Source: a virus | Lineage: Duplodnaviria; Heunggongvirae; Uroviricota; Caudoviricetes | IMG/VR virus record: IMGVR_UViG_2917849834_000006 | Location: 1 to 39,408 of that record | DNA: 39,408 nucleotides | Reading direction: 5' to 3' (one strand) | In this document: piece after piece, positions 25,304-36,531 of the stretch | Layout of the letters: every line of letters begins with the position of its first letter | How positions within the stretch are numbered: the stretch's first letter is position 1 | Position numbers and translations under genes: made by a program | The notes under the pieces: model-generated | Told to the model about the DNA's origin: nothing | What the model saw: the letters and a program-made list of their open reading frames with translations, nothing else | Databases searched by the model: none

Positions 25304-28300
25304 ATGGCGTCACTACGCGAACTGATTATAAAAATCTCGGCAAATTCGCAGTCATTCCAGTCAGAAATTGCGCGAGCTTCACGTATGGGACAGGAGTACT
25401 ACCGTACCATGCAGAACGGAGGTCGACAGTCTGCAGCTGCATCCCGTGATATGCGGCGAGCACTGGCAGAAGTGACCGAGCAGATAAATACGGCGAAGTC
25501 TTCGGCAATGAATATGGCTGGCGCATTTGCCGGTGCTTTTGCCACTGGACATCTTATATCTCTTGCGGATGAATGGAGCTCAGTAAATGCCCGTCTGAAG
25601 CAGGCCACGCAGTCCAGCGATGATTTCCAGGCATCACAGCGCGAATTAATGGCGATCAGCCAGAGAACGGGTACTGCTTTTGCTGATAACGCCAGTCTTT
25701 TTGCACGTTCGGCTTCTTCCATGCGGGAATATGGTTACAGATCTGAGGAAGTACTGAAAGTTACCGAGGCCATTTCTACAGGATTGAAATTGTCCGGAGC
25801 CAGTTCTGCGGAAGCCAGCTCGGTGATCACTCAGTTCAGCCAGGCACTGGCGCAAGGGGTTCTGCGCGGTGAAGAGTTTAATTCAGTAAATGAAAGCGGT
25901 GATCGTGTTATTCGTGCTCTGGCTGCAGGAATGGGGGTTGCCCGTAAAGATCTGAAGGCAATGGCGGATGATGGAAAGCTGACCGCCGATAAGGTTGTTC
26001 CTGCACTGATTAGCCAGCTTGGTACGCTGCGGGATGAATATGCAGCCATGCCTGATACCGTATCATCCTCTGCAACCAAAGTTGAAAACGCCTTTATGGC
26101 CTGGGTTGGTGGTGCGAATGATGCCAGCGGTGCAACGAAAACGCTTACCGGAATAATGAATGGTGTTGCGAATAATATTGATACGGTTGCCACGGCGGCG
26201 GGAGCTCTGGTTGCAATTGGTGTAGCCCGATATTTTGGCAATATGGCGTCTTCTGCGGGCTCTGCAACTGCCGGGTTAATTACTGCTGCCAGAAACGAAG
26301 TGGCTCTTGCTGAGGCACAGCTCAGAGGGACACAGATAGCAACAGCCAGAGCGCGGGCGGCATTGTATCGTGCGCAGCAGGCGGTTGTGGCTGCCCGTGG
26401 TACAGAAAAACAGGCTGCAGCAGAAGCGAAACTGGCAACCGCACAGGCTTCACTTACCCGTAATATTGCTGCCAGAACAGCGGCACAGGCAACGCTGAAT
26501 AACGTTACGTCAGTTAGTAGTCGGTTGTTAAGCGGTGCTCTGGGGCTGGTTGGTGGTGTGCCTGGACTTGTCATGCTGGGGGCGGCGGCCTGGTACACAA
26601 TGTATCAGAACCAGGAGCAGGCCAGAGAATCAGCGCGTCAGTATGCCGCAACAATCGATGAAATTCGCCAGAAAACGTCTGCAATGTCACTTCCTGAAGC
26701 GGCAGATAATGAGGAAAAGACGCGGCAGGCTCTGGAGGAGCAGAACAGGTTAATTGACGAGCAGAAAAGTAAGATTAAATCCTTACAGGAAAAAATTGCT
26801 GGCTATCAGTATGTCCTGGCAAACCCGGGCTGGACAACCGATAACGGTTTTATGATTAACCACATGACGTCGGTGAAAACTGTCACAGAAGGGCTTGCAG
26901 AAGCAACAAGTCAGCTGGCTGTTGAGCAGTCCCGACTTTCCGGAATGCAGGAAAAAGCCCAGTCAATCCAGGATGTGCTTGCCGGGCTGGAAGAACGACG
27001 AGTGGCGCTGATCCGCCAACAGGCAGCGGAACAAAACAAAGCATATCAGTCATTACTGATCATGAATGGCCAATATACCGAGTTTAATCGTCTTCTTGGG
27101 CTTGGTAATGAATTACTTCAGCAGCGACAGGGGCTGGTGAATGTACCGTTACGGCTGCCACAGGCTGCTCTGGATGATAAACAGCAGAACGCGCTGAATA
27201 ACACTGAGCGAGAGCTGACCTTATCCCGTCTGAAGGGGGAAGCGCGTGAGCGTACTCGTCTGGGCTATGTAGCGGATGATCTCGGTTTTGTGGGGGATGC
27301 CTATCAGACGGCAAGGCAAACTTATATCAACAACGCGCTGGAAGCATGGCGTAACAACCAGGCGAATAAGCCAAAGGTACGTGGTGGAAAATCGGAAGCA
27401 GAAAAAACGGAAGATGCTTATAACAGACTGATTAAACAACAAAAAGAACAAATAGCACTGGCAGGACAGAATACTGAACTGGCTAAGATGAAATACCAGG
27501 TCAGCCAGGGCGAATTATCAACCTTATCAGAAGCGCAGAAACAAACCCTTTTACAGAATGCAGCACTCATCGACCAGAAAAAAATTCGTGAGCAAATTGC
27601 TGCTTATGAAAGCAGCCTGGCGGACAGTAACGCCAGTGTCAGGGCATCAAATGAGGCTCAGTTGTTAGGGTATGGAGACGGAACACGAATACGTGAGCGG
27701 CTTCAGGAAATGTGGAACATCCGACAGGAGTTTGAGCAGAAAAATAATGAGTTGCTGAGACAGTACCAGACCGGAGAAATCGAAGAAGCCCTGTGGAAAC
27801 AGGAAAAAACGCTGAATGAAAAATATCTGGAGGAGCGTCTCAACGATCAGCAGGATTATTATGCAAAGGCCGATGCTTTACGCAGTAACTGGAATGCCGG
27901 GCTCAAAGAGGGGCTGACGAACTGGGCAGACAGTGCCACTGATTATTCTTCACAGGCGGCAGACGTGGTCGTTTCCACTATGGATGGTCTGGTTTCAAAT
28001 ATTTCCGAGGCACTGGCCGGAAACGTTGTGGACTGGAGAAACTGGGGGAGTTCGATCCTTCAGGAAGTTTCAAAAATCCTGATGAACGTGGCCATTGTTA
28101 ACGGGCTGAAATCACTCTCCGGGACAATGTCGGGAGCGGGGGGATGGATTGGTAGTGTTGGCGACTGGCTTTCCGGTGCAGTAGCGAACGCAAAAGGCGG
28201 TGTTTACACATCGGCAAATCTGAGTGCTTACAGTAACACCATTGTGGATACGCCGACGTACTTTGCTTTTGCGAAAGGTGCCGGGCTGATGGGGGAAGCC

Positions 28301-28546
28301 GGACCTGAAGCTATCATGCCGCTTACGCGGGCGGCGGACGGTTCTCTTGGGGTCAGGGCTATTGGCAATGTGAATGGTGGTGGCGGATTTGTCTATTCTC
28401 CCGTGTATCACATCAATATTCAGAATAAAGGGAGCAATGGCGAGATTGATACGCAGTCAGCCAGGGGGCTGGTGGATCTGATCGACAGCAGGGTTGTGTC
28501 AATTATGCAGTCATCACGTCGGGACGGAGGATTATGCAGTGCCTGA
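25304..28546 (+). CDS. Tail tape measure protein
   Basis: 1080 aa, Ala/Gln-rich coiled-coil, position before M-L-K-I-J. Confidence 0.9.
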   Translation: MASLRELIIKISANSQSFQSEIARASRMGQEYYRTMQNGGRQSAAASRDMRRALAEVTEQINTAKSSAMNMAGAFAGAFATGHLISLADEWSSVNARLKQATQSSDDFQASQRELMAISQRTGTAFADNASLFARSASSMREYGYRSEEVLKVTEAISTGLKLSGASSAEASSVITQFSQALAQGVLRGEEFNSVNESGDRVIRALAAGMGVARKDLKAMADDGKLTADKVVPALISQLGTLRDEYAAMPDTVSSSATKVENAFMAWVGGANDASGATKTLTGIMNGVANNIDTVATAAGALVAIGVARYFGNMASSAGSATAGLITAARNEVALAEAQLRGTQIATARARAALYRAQQAVVAARGTEKQAAAEAKLATAQASLTRNIAARTAAQATLNNVTSVSSRLLSGALGLVGGVPGLVMLGAAAWYTMYQNQEQARESARQYAATIDEIRQKTSAMSLPEAADNEEKTRQALEEQNRLIDEQKSKIKSLQEKIAGYQYVLANPGWTTDNGFMINHMTSVKTVTEGLAEATSQLAVEQSRLSGMQEKAQSIQDVLAGLEERRVALIRQQAAEQNKAYQSLLIMNGQYTEFNRLLGLGNELLQQRQGLVNVPLRLPQAALDDKQQNALNNTERELTLSRLKGEARERTRLGYVADDLGFVGDAYQTARQTYINNALEAWRNNQANKPKVRGGKSEAEKTEDAYNRLIKQQKEQIALAGQNTELAKMKYQVSQGELSTLSEAQKQTLLQNAALIDQKKIREQIAAYESSLADSNASVRASNEAQLLGYGDGTRIRERLQEMWNIRQEFEQKNNELLRQYQTGEIEEALWKQEKTLNEKYLEERLNDQQDYYAKADALRSNWNAGLKEGLTNWADSATDYSSQAADVVVSTMDGLVSNISEALAGNVVDWRNWGSSILQEVSKILMNVAIVNGLKSLSGTMSGAGGWIGSVGDWLSGAVANAKGGVYTSANLSAYSNTIVDTPTYFAFAKGAGLMGEAGPEAIMPLTRAADGSLGVRAIGNVNGGGGFVYSPVYHINIQNKGSNGEIDTQSARGLVDLIDSRVVSIMQSSRRDGGLCSA

Positions 28547-28880
28547 ACCTGAAGTTTTTAACTGGATCCCCCGCGAGGGGATGGAGACGACACGAAAGCC
28601 ATCTGTTATTACAGTAAAGTTCGGTGACGGATATGAACAGCGACGGGCTGGTGGTCTGAATGCGGATCTGAAAACCTTTAAACCGGTATTTCGTGTCACA
28701 GATGAATATTCCCGCGCCGCGCTGGACAGTTTTTTATCCCGTCATGCCGGGATGCGTGCTTTTTTGTGGCGTCCGCCAAAACACAACAGGACTGTGAGGG
28801 TTGTCTGCAGGGAGTGGAGTACTTCGGATAATGCCATGTATACCGATTTTAACTGTACCTTTGAAGAGGTCACTCACTGA
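28539..28880 (+). CDS. M: Minor tail protein M
   Basis: …KFGDGYEQRRAGGLNADLKT…FLWRPP… matches lambda gpM as recalled; likely GTG start at 28539 after GGAGG. Confidence 0.85.
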   Translation: MPEPEVFNWIPREGMETTRKPSVITVKFGDGYEQRRAGGLNADLKTFKPVFRVTDEYSRAALDSFLSRHAGMRAFLWRPPKHNRTVRVVCREWSTSDNAMYTDFNCTFEEVTH

Positions 28881-29578
28881 TGCAGGATATACAACAGGAA
28901 ACACTGAATGAGTGTACAAAAGCGGAGCAATCCGCACTGGTCGTGCTCTGGGAAGTCGATCTGACAGAAGTCGGTGGCGAGCGTTATTTTTTCTGTAATG
29001 AGCAGAACGAAAAAGGTGAGTCAGTCACCTGGCAGGGGCGGCAGTATCAGACGTATCCCATTCAGGGGAGCGGATTTGAGATGAACGGCAAAGGAGCCAG
29101 TGCCAGACCAACACTGAAAGTCTCTAATCTGCACGGTATGGTCACCGGGATGGCGGAAGATCTGCAGAGTCTGGTCGGCGGAACGGTGGTCCGGCGTAAG
29201 GTTTACGCCCGTTTTCTGGATGCGGTGAACTTCGTCAACGGAAACAGTGACGCCGATCCGGAGCAGGAGGTGATCAGCCGCTGGCACATCGAGCAGTGCA
29301 GCGAACTGAACGCGGTCAGTGCCTCCTTTGTATTGTCCACGCCGACTGAAACGGATGGCGCTGTTTTTCCGGGGCGTATCATGCTGGACAACACCTGCAC
29401 CTGGACCTATCGCGGTGATGAGTGCGGTTATAGCGGACCTGCTGTCGCGGATGAATATGACCAGCCGACGACCGATATCACGAAGGATAAATGCAGCAAA
29501 TGCCTGAGTGGCTGTAAGTTTCGCAATAATGTCGGCAACTTTGGCGGCTTCCTTTCCATTAACAAACTTTCGCAGTAA
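28880..29578 (+). CDS. L: Minor tail protein L
   Basis: 232 aa; near-identical to lambda gpL as recalled, including the C-terminal Cys cluster. Confidence 0.95.
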   Translation: MQDIQQETLNECTKAEQSALVVLWEVDLTEVGGERYFFCNEQNEKGESVTWQGRQYQTYPIQGSGFEMNGKGASARPTLKVSNLHGMVTGMAEDLQSLVGGTVVRRKVYARFLDAVNFVNGNSDADPEQEVISRWHIEQCSELNAVSASFVLSTPTETDGAVFPGRIMLDNTCTWTYRGDECGYSGPAVADEYDQPTTDITKDKCSKCLSGCKFRNNVGNFGGFLSINKLSQ

Positions 29579-29583
29579 ATCCC

Positions 29584-30327
29584 ATGACACAGACAGAATC
29601 AGCGATTCTGGCGCACGCCCGGCGATGTGCGCCAGCGGAGTCGTGCGGCTTCGTGGTGAGAACGCCGGAAGGGGAAAGATATTTTCCCTGCGTAAATATC
29701 TCCGGTGAGCCGGAGGATTATTTCCGGATGTCGCCGGAGGAGTGGCTGCAGGCAGAGATGCAGGGTGAGATTGTCGCGCTGGTGCACAGCCATCCCGGTG
29801 GTCTGCCCTGGCTGAGTGAGGCCGACCGGCGGCTGCAGGTGCAGAGTGATTTGCCGTGGTGGCTGGTCTGCCGGGGGGCGATTCACAAGTTCCGCTGTGT
29901 GCCACATCTTACCGGGCGGCGCTTTGAGCACGGGGTGACGGACTGTTACACGCTGTTCCGGGACGCTTACCATCTGGCGGGGATTGAGATGCCGGAGTTT
30001 CATCGCGGGGATGACTGGTGGCGTAACGGCCAGAATCTCTATCTGGATAATCTGGAGGCAACGGGGCTGTATCAGGTGCCGTTGTCAGCGGCGCAGCCGG
30101 GCGATGTGCTGCTGTGCTGTTTTGGTTCATCGGTGCCGAATCATGCCGCCATTTACTGTGGTGACGGCGAGCTGCTGCACCATATTCCTGAACAACTGAG
30201 CAAACGAGAGAGGTATACCGACAAATGGCAGCGACGCACACACTCCCTCTGGCGTCACCGGGTATGGCACGCATCTGCCTTTACGGGGATTTACAACGAT
30301 TTGGCCGCCGCATCGACCTTCGTGTGA
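29584..30327 (+). CDS. K: Tail assembly protein K (NlpC/P60 and JAB/MPN domains)
   Basis: 247 aa; high similarity to lambda gpK as recalled. Confidence 0.9.
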   Translation: MTQTESAILAHARRCAPAESCGFVVRTPEGERYFPCVNISGEPEDYFRMSPEEWLQAEMQGEIVALVHSHPGGLPWLSEADRRLQVQSDLPWWLVCRGAIHKFRCVPHLTGRRFEHGVTDCYTLFRDAYHLAGIEMPEFHRGDDWWRNGQNLYLDNLEATGLYQVPLSAAQPGDVLLCCFGSSVPNHAAIYCGDGELLHHIPEQLSKRERYTDKWQRRTHSLWRHRVWHASAFTGIYNDLAAASTFV

Positions 30328-30872
30328 AAACGGGGGCCGAAGCCATCCGGGCGCTGGCCACGCAGCTTCCGGCGTTTCGCCAGAAACTGAATGAGGGCTG
30401 GTATCAGGTGCGCATTGCCGGGCGTGATGCAGGCGAAAATGAATTATCTGCCCGTCTTAATGAGCCGCTGGTAAATGGTGTCGTGATCCACATTGTGCCG
30501 CGTCTGGCGGGAGCTAAAAGTGGCGGTGTTTTTCAGGCAGTGCTGGGTGCGGCGCTGATTGCGGTGGCATGGTGGAACCCTGTGGGCTGGCTGGGTGCCG
30601 CGGCTGTATCGGGCATGTATGCGGCAGGGGCCAGTATGATCCTGGGTGGTGTGGCCCAGATGCTGGCACCGAAAGCCCGGACGCCCACAGCGACCAGCAC
30701 GGATAACGGTAAACAGAACACCTATTTCTCCTCACTGGATAACATGGTTGCCCAGGGCAATGTTCTGCCCGTTCTGTACGGTGAAATGCGCGTGGGGTCA
30801 CGGGTGGTTTCTCAGGAGATCAGCACGGCAGACGAAGGGGATGGTGGTCAGGTTGTGGTGATTGGTCGCTGA
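30225..30872 (+). CDS. I: Tail assembly protein I
   Basis: 215 aa; MAATHTLPLASPGMARICLYGDLQRFGRR… matches lambda gpI as recalled; overlaps the K 3' end as in lambda. Confidence 0.9.
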   Translation: MAATHTLPLASPGMARICLYGDLQRFGRRIDLRVKTGAEAIRALATQLPAFRQKLNEGWYQVRIAGRDAGENELSARLNEPLVNGVVIHIVPRLAGAKSGGVFQAVLGAALIAVAWWNPVGWLGAAAVSGMYAAGASMILGGVAQMLAPKARTPTATSTDNGKQNTYFSSLDNMVAQGNVLPVLYGEMRVGSRVVSQEISTADEGDGGQVVVIGR

Positions 30873-30932
30873 TGCAAAATGTTTTATGTGAAACCGCCTG
30901 CGGGCGGTTTTGTCGTTTATGGAGCGTGAGGA

Positions 30933-33900
30933 ATGGGTAAAGGCAGCAGTAAGGGGCATACCCCGCGCGAAGCGAAGGACAACCTCAAATCCACGCAGTT
31001 GCTGAGTGTGATCGATGCCATCAGTGAAGGGCCGGTTGAAGGTCCGGTGGATGGATTAAAAAGCGTGCTGCTGAACAGTACGCCGGTGCTGGACAATGAG
31101 GGGAATACCAACATCTCCGGCGTCACGGTGGTGTTCCGGGCAGGTGAGCAGGAGCAGTCACCGCCGGAGGGATTTGAATCCTCCGGCTCCGAGACGGTGC
31201 TGGGTACGGAAGTGAAATATGACACGCCGATCACCCGGACCATCACGTCGGCAAACATCGACCGTCTGCGCTTTACCTTCGGCGTGCAGGCACTGGTGGA
31301 AACCACCTCAAAGGGTGACCGGAATCCGTCGGAAGTCCGCCTGCTGGTTCAGATACAGCGTAATGGTGGCTGGGTGACGGAAAAAGACATCACCATTAAG
31401 GGCAAAACCACGTCGCAGTATCTGGCCTCGGTGGTGGTGGATAACCTGCCGCCGCGCCCGTTTAATATCCGGATGCGCAGGATGACGCCGGACAGCACCA
31501 CAGACCAGCTGCAGAACAAAACGCTCTGGTCGTCATACACCGAAATCATCGATGTGAAACAGTGCTACCCGAACACGGCACTGGTCGGCGTGCAGGTGGA
31601 TTCGGAGCAGTTCGGCAGCCAGCAGGTGAGTCGTAATTATCATCTGCGCGGGCGCATTCTGCAGGTGCCGTCGAACTATAACCCGCAGACGCGGCAATAC
31701 AGCGGTATCTGGGACGGAACGTTTAAGCCAGCATACAGCAACAACATGGCCTGGTGTTTGTGGGATATGCTGACCCATCCGCGCTACGGCATGGGGAAAC
31801 GTCTTGGTGCAGCAGATGTGGATAAATGGGCGCTGTATGTCATCGGCCAGAATTGCGACCAGTCGGTGCCGGACGGTTTTGGCGGCACGGAGCCGCGCAT
31901 CACCTGTAACGCTTACCTGACCACACAGCGTAAGGCGTGGGATGTGCTCAGTGATTTCTGTTCGGCGATGCGCTGTATGCCGGTATGGAACGGGCAGACG
32001 CTGACGTTCGTGCAGGACCGACCGTCGGATAAGGTGTGGACCTATAACCGCAGTAATGTGGTGATGCCGGATGATGGCGCGCCGTTCCGCTACAGCTTCA
32101 GCGCCCTGAAGGACCGCCATAATGCCGTTGAGGTGAACTGGATTGACCCGAATAACGGCTGGGAGACGGCGACAGAGCTTGTGGAGGACACGCAGGCCAT
32201 TCTCCGTTACGGTCGTAACGTCACGAAAATGGATGCTTTTGGCTGTACCAGCCGGGGGCAGGCACACCGCGCCGGGCTGTGGCTGATTAAAACGGAGCTG
32301 CTGGAAACGCAGACCGTGGACTTCAGCGTGGGCGCAGAAGGGCTGCGCCATGTACCGGGTGATGTTATTGAAATCTGCGATGATGACTATGCGGGGATCA
32401 GCATTGGCGGGCGCGTGCTGGCGGTGAACAGCCAGACCCGGACGCTGACGCTCGACCGTGAAATCACGCTGCCATCCTCCGGTACCACGCTGATAAGCCT
32501 GGTTGACGGGCAGGGGAGTCCGGTCAGCGTGGAGGTTCAGTCCGTCACCGACGGCGTGAAGGTGAAAGTGAGTCGGGTTCCTGACGGCGTTGCCGAATAC
32601 AGCGTGTGGGGGCTGAAGCTGCCGACGCTGCGCCAGCGCCTGTTCCGCTGTGTGAGTATCCGTGAGAACGATGACGGCACGTATGCCATCACTGCCGTGC
32701 AGCATGTACCGGAGAAAGAAGCCATCGTGGATAACGGGGCGCACTTTGACGGCGACCAGAGCGGAACGGTGAACGGTGTCACGCCGCCCGCGGTGCAGCA
32801 CCTGACTGCAGAAGTCACCGCAGACAGCGGGGAATACCAGGTGCTGGCGCGCTGGGACACGCCGAAGGTGGTGAAGGGGGTGAGCTTTATGCTTCGCCTG
32901 ACCGTGGCAGCGGATGACGGCAGTGAGCGGCTGGTCAGCACGGCCAGGACGACGGAAACCACATACCGCTTCAGGCAACTGGCGCTGGGGAACTACAGGC
33001 TGACAGTCCGGGCGGTAAATGCGTGGGGGCAGCAGGGGGATCCGGCGTCGGTATCGTTCCGGATTGCCGCACCGGCAGCGCCATCGCGGATTGAGCTGAC
33101 GCCGGGCTATTTTCAGATAACCGCAACGCCGCATCTTGCCGTTTATGATCCGACGGTACAGTTTGAGTTCTGGTTCTCGGAAAAGCAGATTGCGGATATC
33201 AGGCAGGTTGAAGCCAGCGCGCGTTATCTTGGTACGGCGCTGTACTGGATAGCCGCCAGTATCAATATCAAACCGGGCCATGATTATTATTTTTACATTC
33301 GCAGTGTGAACACCGTTGGCAAATCGGCATTTGTGGAGGCTGTTGGCCAGCCGAGTGATGATGCATCCGGCTATCTGGATTTTTTCAAAGGAGAGATAGG
33401 GAAAACCCATCTGGCTCAGGAGTTGTGGACGCAGATTGATAACGGTCAGCTTGCGCCTGACCTGGCTGAAATCAGGACGTCCATTACGGATGTCAGCAAT
33501 GAAATCACGCAGACCGTCAATAAGAAACTGGAAGACCAGAGTGCAGCGATCCAGCAGATACAGAAGGTTCAGGTTGATACAAATAATAACCTGAACAGCA
33601 TGTGGGCTGTGAAGCTGCAGCAGATGCAGGACGGACGCCTTTATATCGCGGGTATTGGTGCCGGTATTGAGAATACCCCTGACGGTATGCAGAGTCAGGT
33701 GCTGCTGGCGGCGGACAGGATTGCGATGATTAATCCTGCGAATGGCAATACAAAGCCGATGTTTGTTGGTCAGGGCGATCAGATATTTATGAATGAAGTG
33801 TTCCTGAAATATCTGACGGCTCCCACCATTACCAGCGGCGGTAATCCTCCGGCATTTTCCCTGACACCGGACGGGCGGCTGACGGCGAAAAATGCGGATA

Positions 33901-34415
33901 TCAGCGGTAACGTGAACGCGAACTCCGGGACGCTCAACAATGTCACGATTAATCAGAACTGCCGGATTCTGGGAAAACTGTCAGCCAACCAGATTGAAGG
34001 CGATATTGTTAAAACGGTGGGAAAAGCCTTTCCGAGAAATAGCAGTTATGCCAGCGGTACAATAACGGTCACGGTGTACGATGACCAGGCTTTTGACCGT
34101 CAGATAGTAATCCCCCCCGTTCTGTTTCGCGGTGGTAAGCATGAAAACTTCAACAGCAACAACCAACAGTCATACTGGTATTCAACCTGTAAGCTGCAGG
34201 TGCTGAAGAACGGACAGGAAATCTTTCAGCAACCCGCGACGGATGTCAGCAGGGTATTTTCATCAGTCATTGATATGCCTGCCGGACACGGCCATGTCAC
34301 CCTGACTTTCAATGTTTCTTCATATGGTGCAAATAACTGGACGCCAACGACCAGTATCAGCGACCTTCTTGTTGTCGTGATGAAGAAATCAACAGCCGGC
34401 ATCAGTATCAGTTGA
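30933..34415 (+). CDS. J: Tail tip host-specificity protein J
   Basis: 1160 aa; N-terminal and central regions closely match lambda J as recalled; C-terminal receptor-binding region present. Confidence 0.95.
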   Translation: MGKGSSKGHTPREAKDNLKSTQLLSVIDAISEGPVEGPVDGLKSVLLNSTPVLDNEGNTNISGVTVVFRAGEQEQSPPEGFESSGSETVLGTEVKYDTPITRTITSANIDRLRFTFGVQALVETTSKGDRNPSEVRLLVQIQRNGGWVTEKDITIKGKTTSQYLASVVVDNLPPRPFNIRMRRMTPDSTTDQLQNKTLWSSYTEIIDVKQCYPNTALVGVQVDSEQFGSQQVSRNYHLRGRILQVPSNYNPQTRQYSGIWDGTFKPAYSNNMAWCLWDMLTHPRYGMGKRLGAADVDKWALYVIGQNCDQSVPDGFGGTEPRITCNAYLTTQRKAWDVLSDFCSAMRCMPVWNGQTLTFVQDRPSDKVWTYNRSNVVMPDDGAPFRYSFSALKDRHNAVEVNWIDPNNGWETATELVEDTQAILRYGRNVTKMDAFGCTSRGQAHRAGLWLIKTELLETQTVDFSVGAEGLRHVPGDVIEICDDDYAGISIGGRVLAVNSQTRTLTLDREITLPSSGTTLISLVDGQGSPVSVEVQSVTDGVKVKVSRVPDGVAEYSVWGLKLPTLRQRLFRCVSIRENDDGTYAITAVQHVPEKEAIVDNGAHFDGDQSGTVNGVTPPAVQHLTAEVTADSGEYQVLARWDTPKVVKGVSFMLRLTVAADDGSERLVSTARTTETTYRFRQLALGNYRLTVRAVNAWGQQGDPASVSFRIAAPAAPSRIELTPGYFQITATPHLAVYDPTVQFEFWFSEKQIADIRQVEASARYLGTALYWIAASINIKPGHDYYFYIRSVNTVGKSAFVEAVGQPSDDASGYLDFFKGEIGKTHLAQELWTQIDNGQLAPDLAEIRTSITDVSNEITQTVNKKLEDQSAAIQQIQKVQVDTNNNLNSMWAVKLQQMQDGRLYIAGIGAGIENTPDGMQSQVLLAADRIAMINPANGNTKPMFVGQGDQIFMNEVFLKYLTAPTITSGGNPPAFSLTPDGRLTAKNADISGNVNANSGTLNNVTINQNCRILGKLSANQIEGDIVKTVGKAFPRNSSYASGTITVTVYDDQAFDRQIVIPPVLFRGGKHENFNSNNQQSYWYSTCKLQVLKNGQEIFQQPATDVSRVFSSVIDMPAGHGHVTLTFNVSSYGANNWTPTTSISDLLVVVMKKSTAGISIS

Positions 34416-34434
34416 ATTTTAAAACCCAAATTCG

Positions 34435-34459
34435 GGCACCAGAAATGGTGCCTTTTTTA
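34435..34459 (+). terminator. Rho-independent terminator after J
   Basis: GGCACC-agaaat-GGTGCC followed by T6. Confidence 0.65.
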
Positions 34460-34467
34460 TTTGTGGA

Positions 34468-36531
34468 GTGAATATGGCAGTACAGATTTCAGGTGTGCTG
34501 AAAGACGGTGCAGGAAAACCGATACAGAACTGCACCATTCAGCTCAAAGCAAAACGTAACAGCACCACAGTTGTGGTGAACACGGTGGCCTCAGAAAATC
34601 CGGATGAAGCCGGACGTTACAGCATGGATGTTGAGTATGGCCAGTACAGCGTCGCCCTGCTGGTTGAAGGTTTTCCGCCTTCACATGCCGGGACCATCAC
34701 CGTGTATGAGGATTCTAAGCCGGGGACATTGAATGATTTTCTGGGCGCTGCAACAGAAGATGATGTTCGTCCGGAGGCACTGTATCGTTTTGAAAAGATG
34801 GTGGAAGAGGCGGCACGCAACGCTGAAGCCGCCTCTCAGAGCGCAGCGGCAGCAAAGAAATCAGAAACAGCAGCGGCATCGTCCAGGAACGCGGCGAAAA
34901 CATCAGAGACGAATGCAGGTAACAGCGCGAAAGCGGCAGCTTCTTCAAAAACAGCCGCACAAAATGCAGCAACAGCGGCAGAACGTTCAGAGACAAATGC
35001 CCGTGCGTCAGAGGAAGCCTCCGCAGACAGTGAAGAGGCTTCCCGCCGTAATGCAGAGTCAGCCGCTGAGAATGCCGGAATCGCCACCACAAAAGCGCGG
35101 GAGGCCGCAGCAGACGCAACAAAGGCCGGGCAGAAAAAGGATGAGGCTCTGTCGGCAGCGACACGAGCTGAAAAGGCGGCAGACCGCGCAGAAGCCGCAG
35201 CGGAAGTGACTGCAGAGCCCTATGCGAATATAGTGCCGCCGCTGCCTGATGTGTGGATACCGTTTAACGATTCACTGGATATGATTACGGGGTTTTCGCC
35301 ATCATATAAAAAGATTGTTATTGGTGACGATGAAATAACAGTGCCAGGCGACAAGATTGTTAAGTTTAAACGAGCTTCAACAGCAACATATATCAATAAG
35401 TCAGGCTCGTTTGTTGTGGCAGATGTTGATGAAGCCAGATTTGAAAAGTCTGGTTTACTGATAGAAGGGCAACGTACTAATAATTTCATTAACAGTAATG
35501 CACCAGAAGCATGGAACTTTAATAATAAACGTCTTGATGTAAACAGTAATCTCGATCCATTTGGATTCAGCTATGGTGTTCTGACGTATAAAGATTCATC
35601 TGATACCGGGCCTGTGACGCTCATTTCAACAGGAACAGGTCGGGTTATCTCTGTGGAAAATGGTGACTCTGTTACAATTTCTGCCCGATTCAAGGGAAAC
35701 GGAATCAGGGCGAGAATGCGCATATCGAAGCTGAATGATGATGGCGCAGGGAATACTTTTATAGCAGATGCGCTTCTGGATTTGAGCAATCTGACATTAA
35801 AAAGTGATGTGCTTTCGTCATCTTTCGTAGTGGAAAACAGCGGATGGATATTCTTTCAGTCAACCTATAAATCTGATTCATCACAAAATATATATGCCCG
35901 AATAGAAATGTATCAACAGGAAGGCAATGAAATTAAGGTCGGTGACAGTATATCAATGGCAACGCCTCAGGTTGAGAAAGGAACTGCTGCATCATCATTC
36001 ATCATAACAGGGGGAACACCGGCAACGCGAGCCAGTGATATTGTGACAATCCCATTAAATAAAAACTGGGTGCGAAGGCCACTGACAGTACTGACAGAGT
36101 GCAGTGTCTCATGGGACGTTATGCCAAATACCACGGGCGCAGCAAGGATATTAAATATTTCCACTACGGGAGACTCAACAGATATAGCTGACCAGAGTTA
36201 TATGTATCTTGGTTTTATCTCAAAGGGCTCAAAAGCAATCATCACGAATGGAAAGGGAACTATGGCAGAGATAAAAAGTGACATTGCTGTTTCAGGGCGA
36301 AAAAACATTATTGGCGGAAGGTTTAAAGAAGACGGGAGTCTGTCTGTAGTGGTAAATGGAAATATCGGTGGTGCATCGGTTTCGCCTTATAATGATACAA
36401 GATATCTTAATGGTTTCATGAATATAGGGGGGCAATCCTCCACCGGAGACAGGCATTTATTTGGACATGTCAGAAATCTGCGAATCTGGCACAGGGAATT
36501 GAATGACAGGCAATTAAAAGAGGCCGTATGA
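34468..36531 (+). CDS. stf: Side tail fibre protein, chimeric (lambda Stf-like N-terminus, divergent low-GC C-terminal domain)
   Basis: N-terminus MAVQISGVLKDGAGKPIQNCTIQLKAKRNSTTVVVNTV… resembles lambda Stf; Ala-rich coiled-coil middle; C-terminal ~400 aa unrelated and lower GC. Confidence 0.85.
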   Translation: MNMAVQISGVLKDGAGKPIQNCTIQLKAKRNSTTVVVNTVASENPDEAGRYSMDVEYGQYSVALLVEGFPPSHAGTITVYEDSKPGTLNDFLGAATEDDVRPEALYRFEKMVEEAARNAEAASQSAAAAKKSETAAASSRNAAKTSETNAGNSAKAAASSKTAAQNAATAAERSETNARASEEASADSEEASRRNAESAAENAGIATTKAREAAADATKAGQKKDEALSAATRAEKAADRAEAAAEVTAEPYANIVPPLPDVWIPFNDSLDMITGFSPSYKKIVIGDDEITVPGDKIVKFKRASTATYINKSGSFVVADVDEARFEKSGLLIEGQRTNNFINSNAPEAWNFNNKRLDVNSNLDPFGFSYGVLTYKDSSDTGPVTLISTGTGRVISVENGDSVTISARFKGNGIRARMRISKLNDDGAGNTFIADALLDLSNLTLKSDVLSSSFVVENSGWIFFQSTYKSDSSQNIYARIEMYQQEGNEIKVGDSISMATPQVEKGTAASSFIITGGTPATRASDIVTIPLNKNWVRRPLTVLTECSVSWDVMPNTTGAARILNISTTGDSTDIADQSYMYLGFISKGSKAIITNGKGTMAEIKSDIAVSGRKNIIGGRFKEDGSLSVVVNGNIGGASVSPYNDTRYLNGFMNIGGQSSTGDRHLFGHVRNLRIWHRELNDRQLKEAV

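Noticed and set aside
25831-26598. 255-aa Ala-rich ORF on the minus strand
   Set aside because: Antisense to the tape measure gene; low-complexity composition from the coding repeat on the other strand.
29021-29905. 294-aa ORF on the minus strand
   Set aside because: Antisense to the L and K genes, whose plus-strand products are near-identical to lambda proteins.
31533-33410. 625-aa ORF on the minus strand
   Set aside because: Antisense to the J gene, which has strong lambda J similarity on the plus strand; Arg/Pro-rich composition typical of a spurious reverse-frame ORF.
34715-35209. Overlapping ORFs (plus 158 aa, minus 149 aa, minus 84 aa) in the tail fibre middle
   Set aside because: Alternative frames through the Ala-rich repeat of the tail fibre gene; the main frame is continuous with a lambda Stf-like N-terminus.
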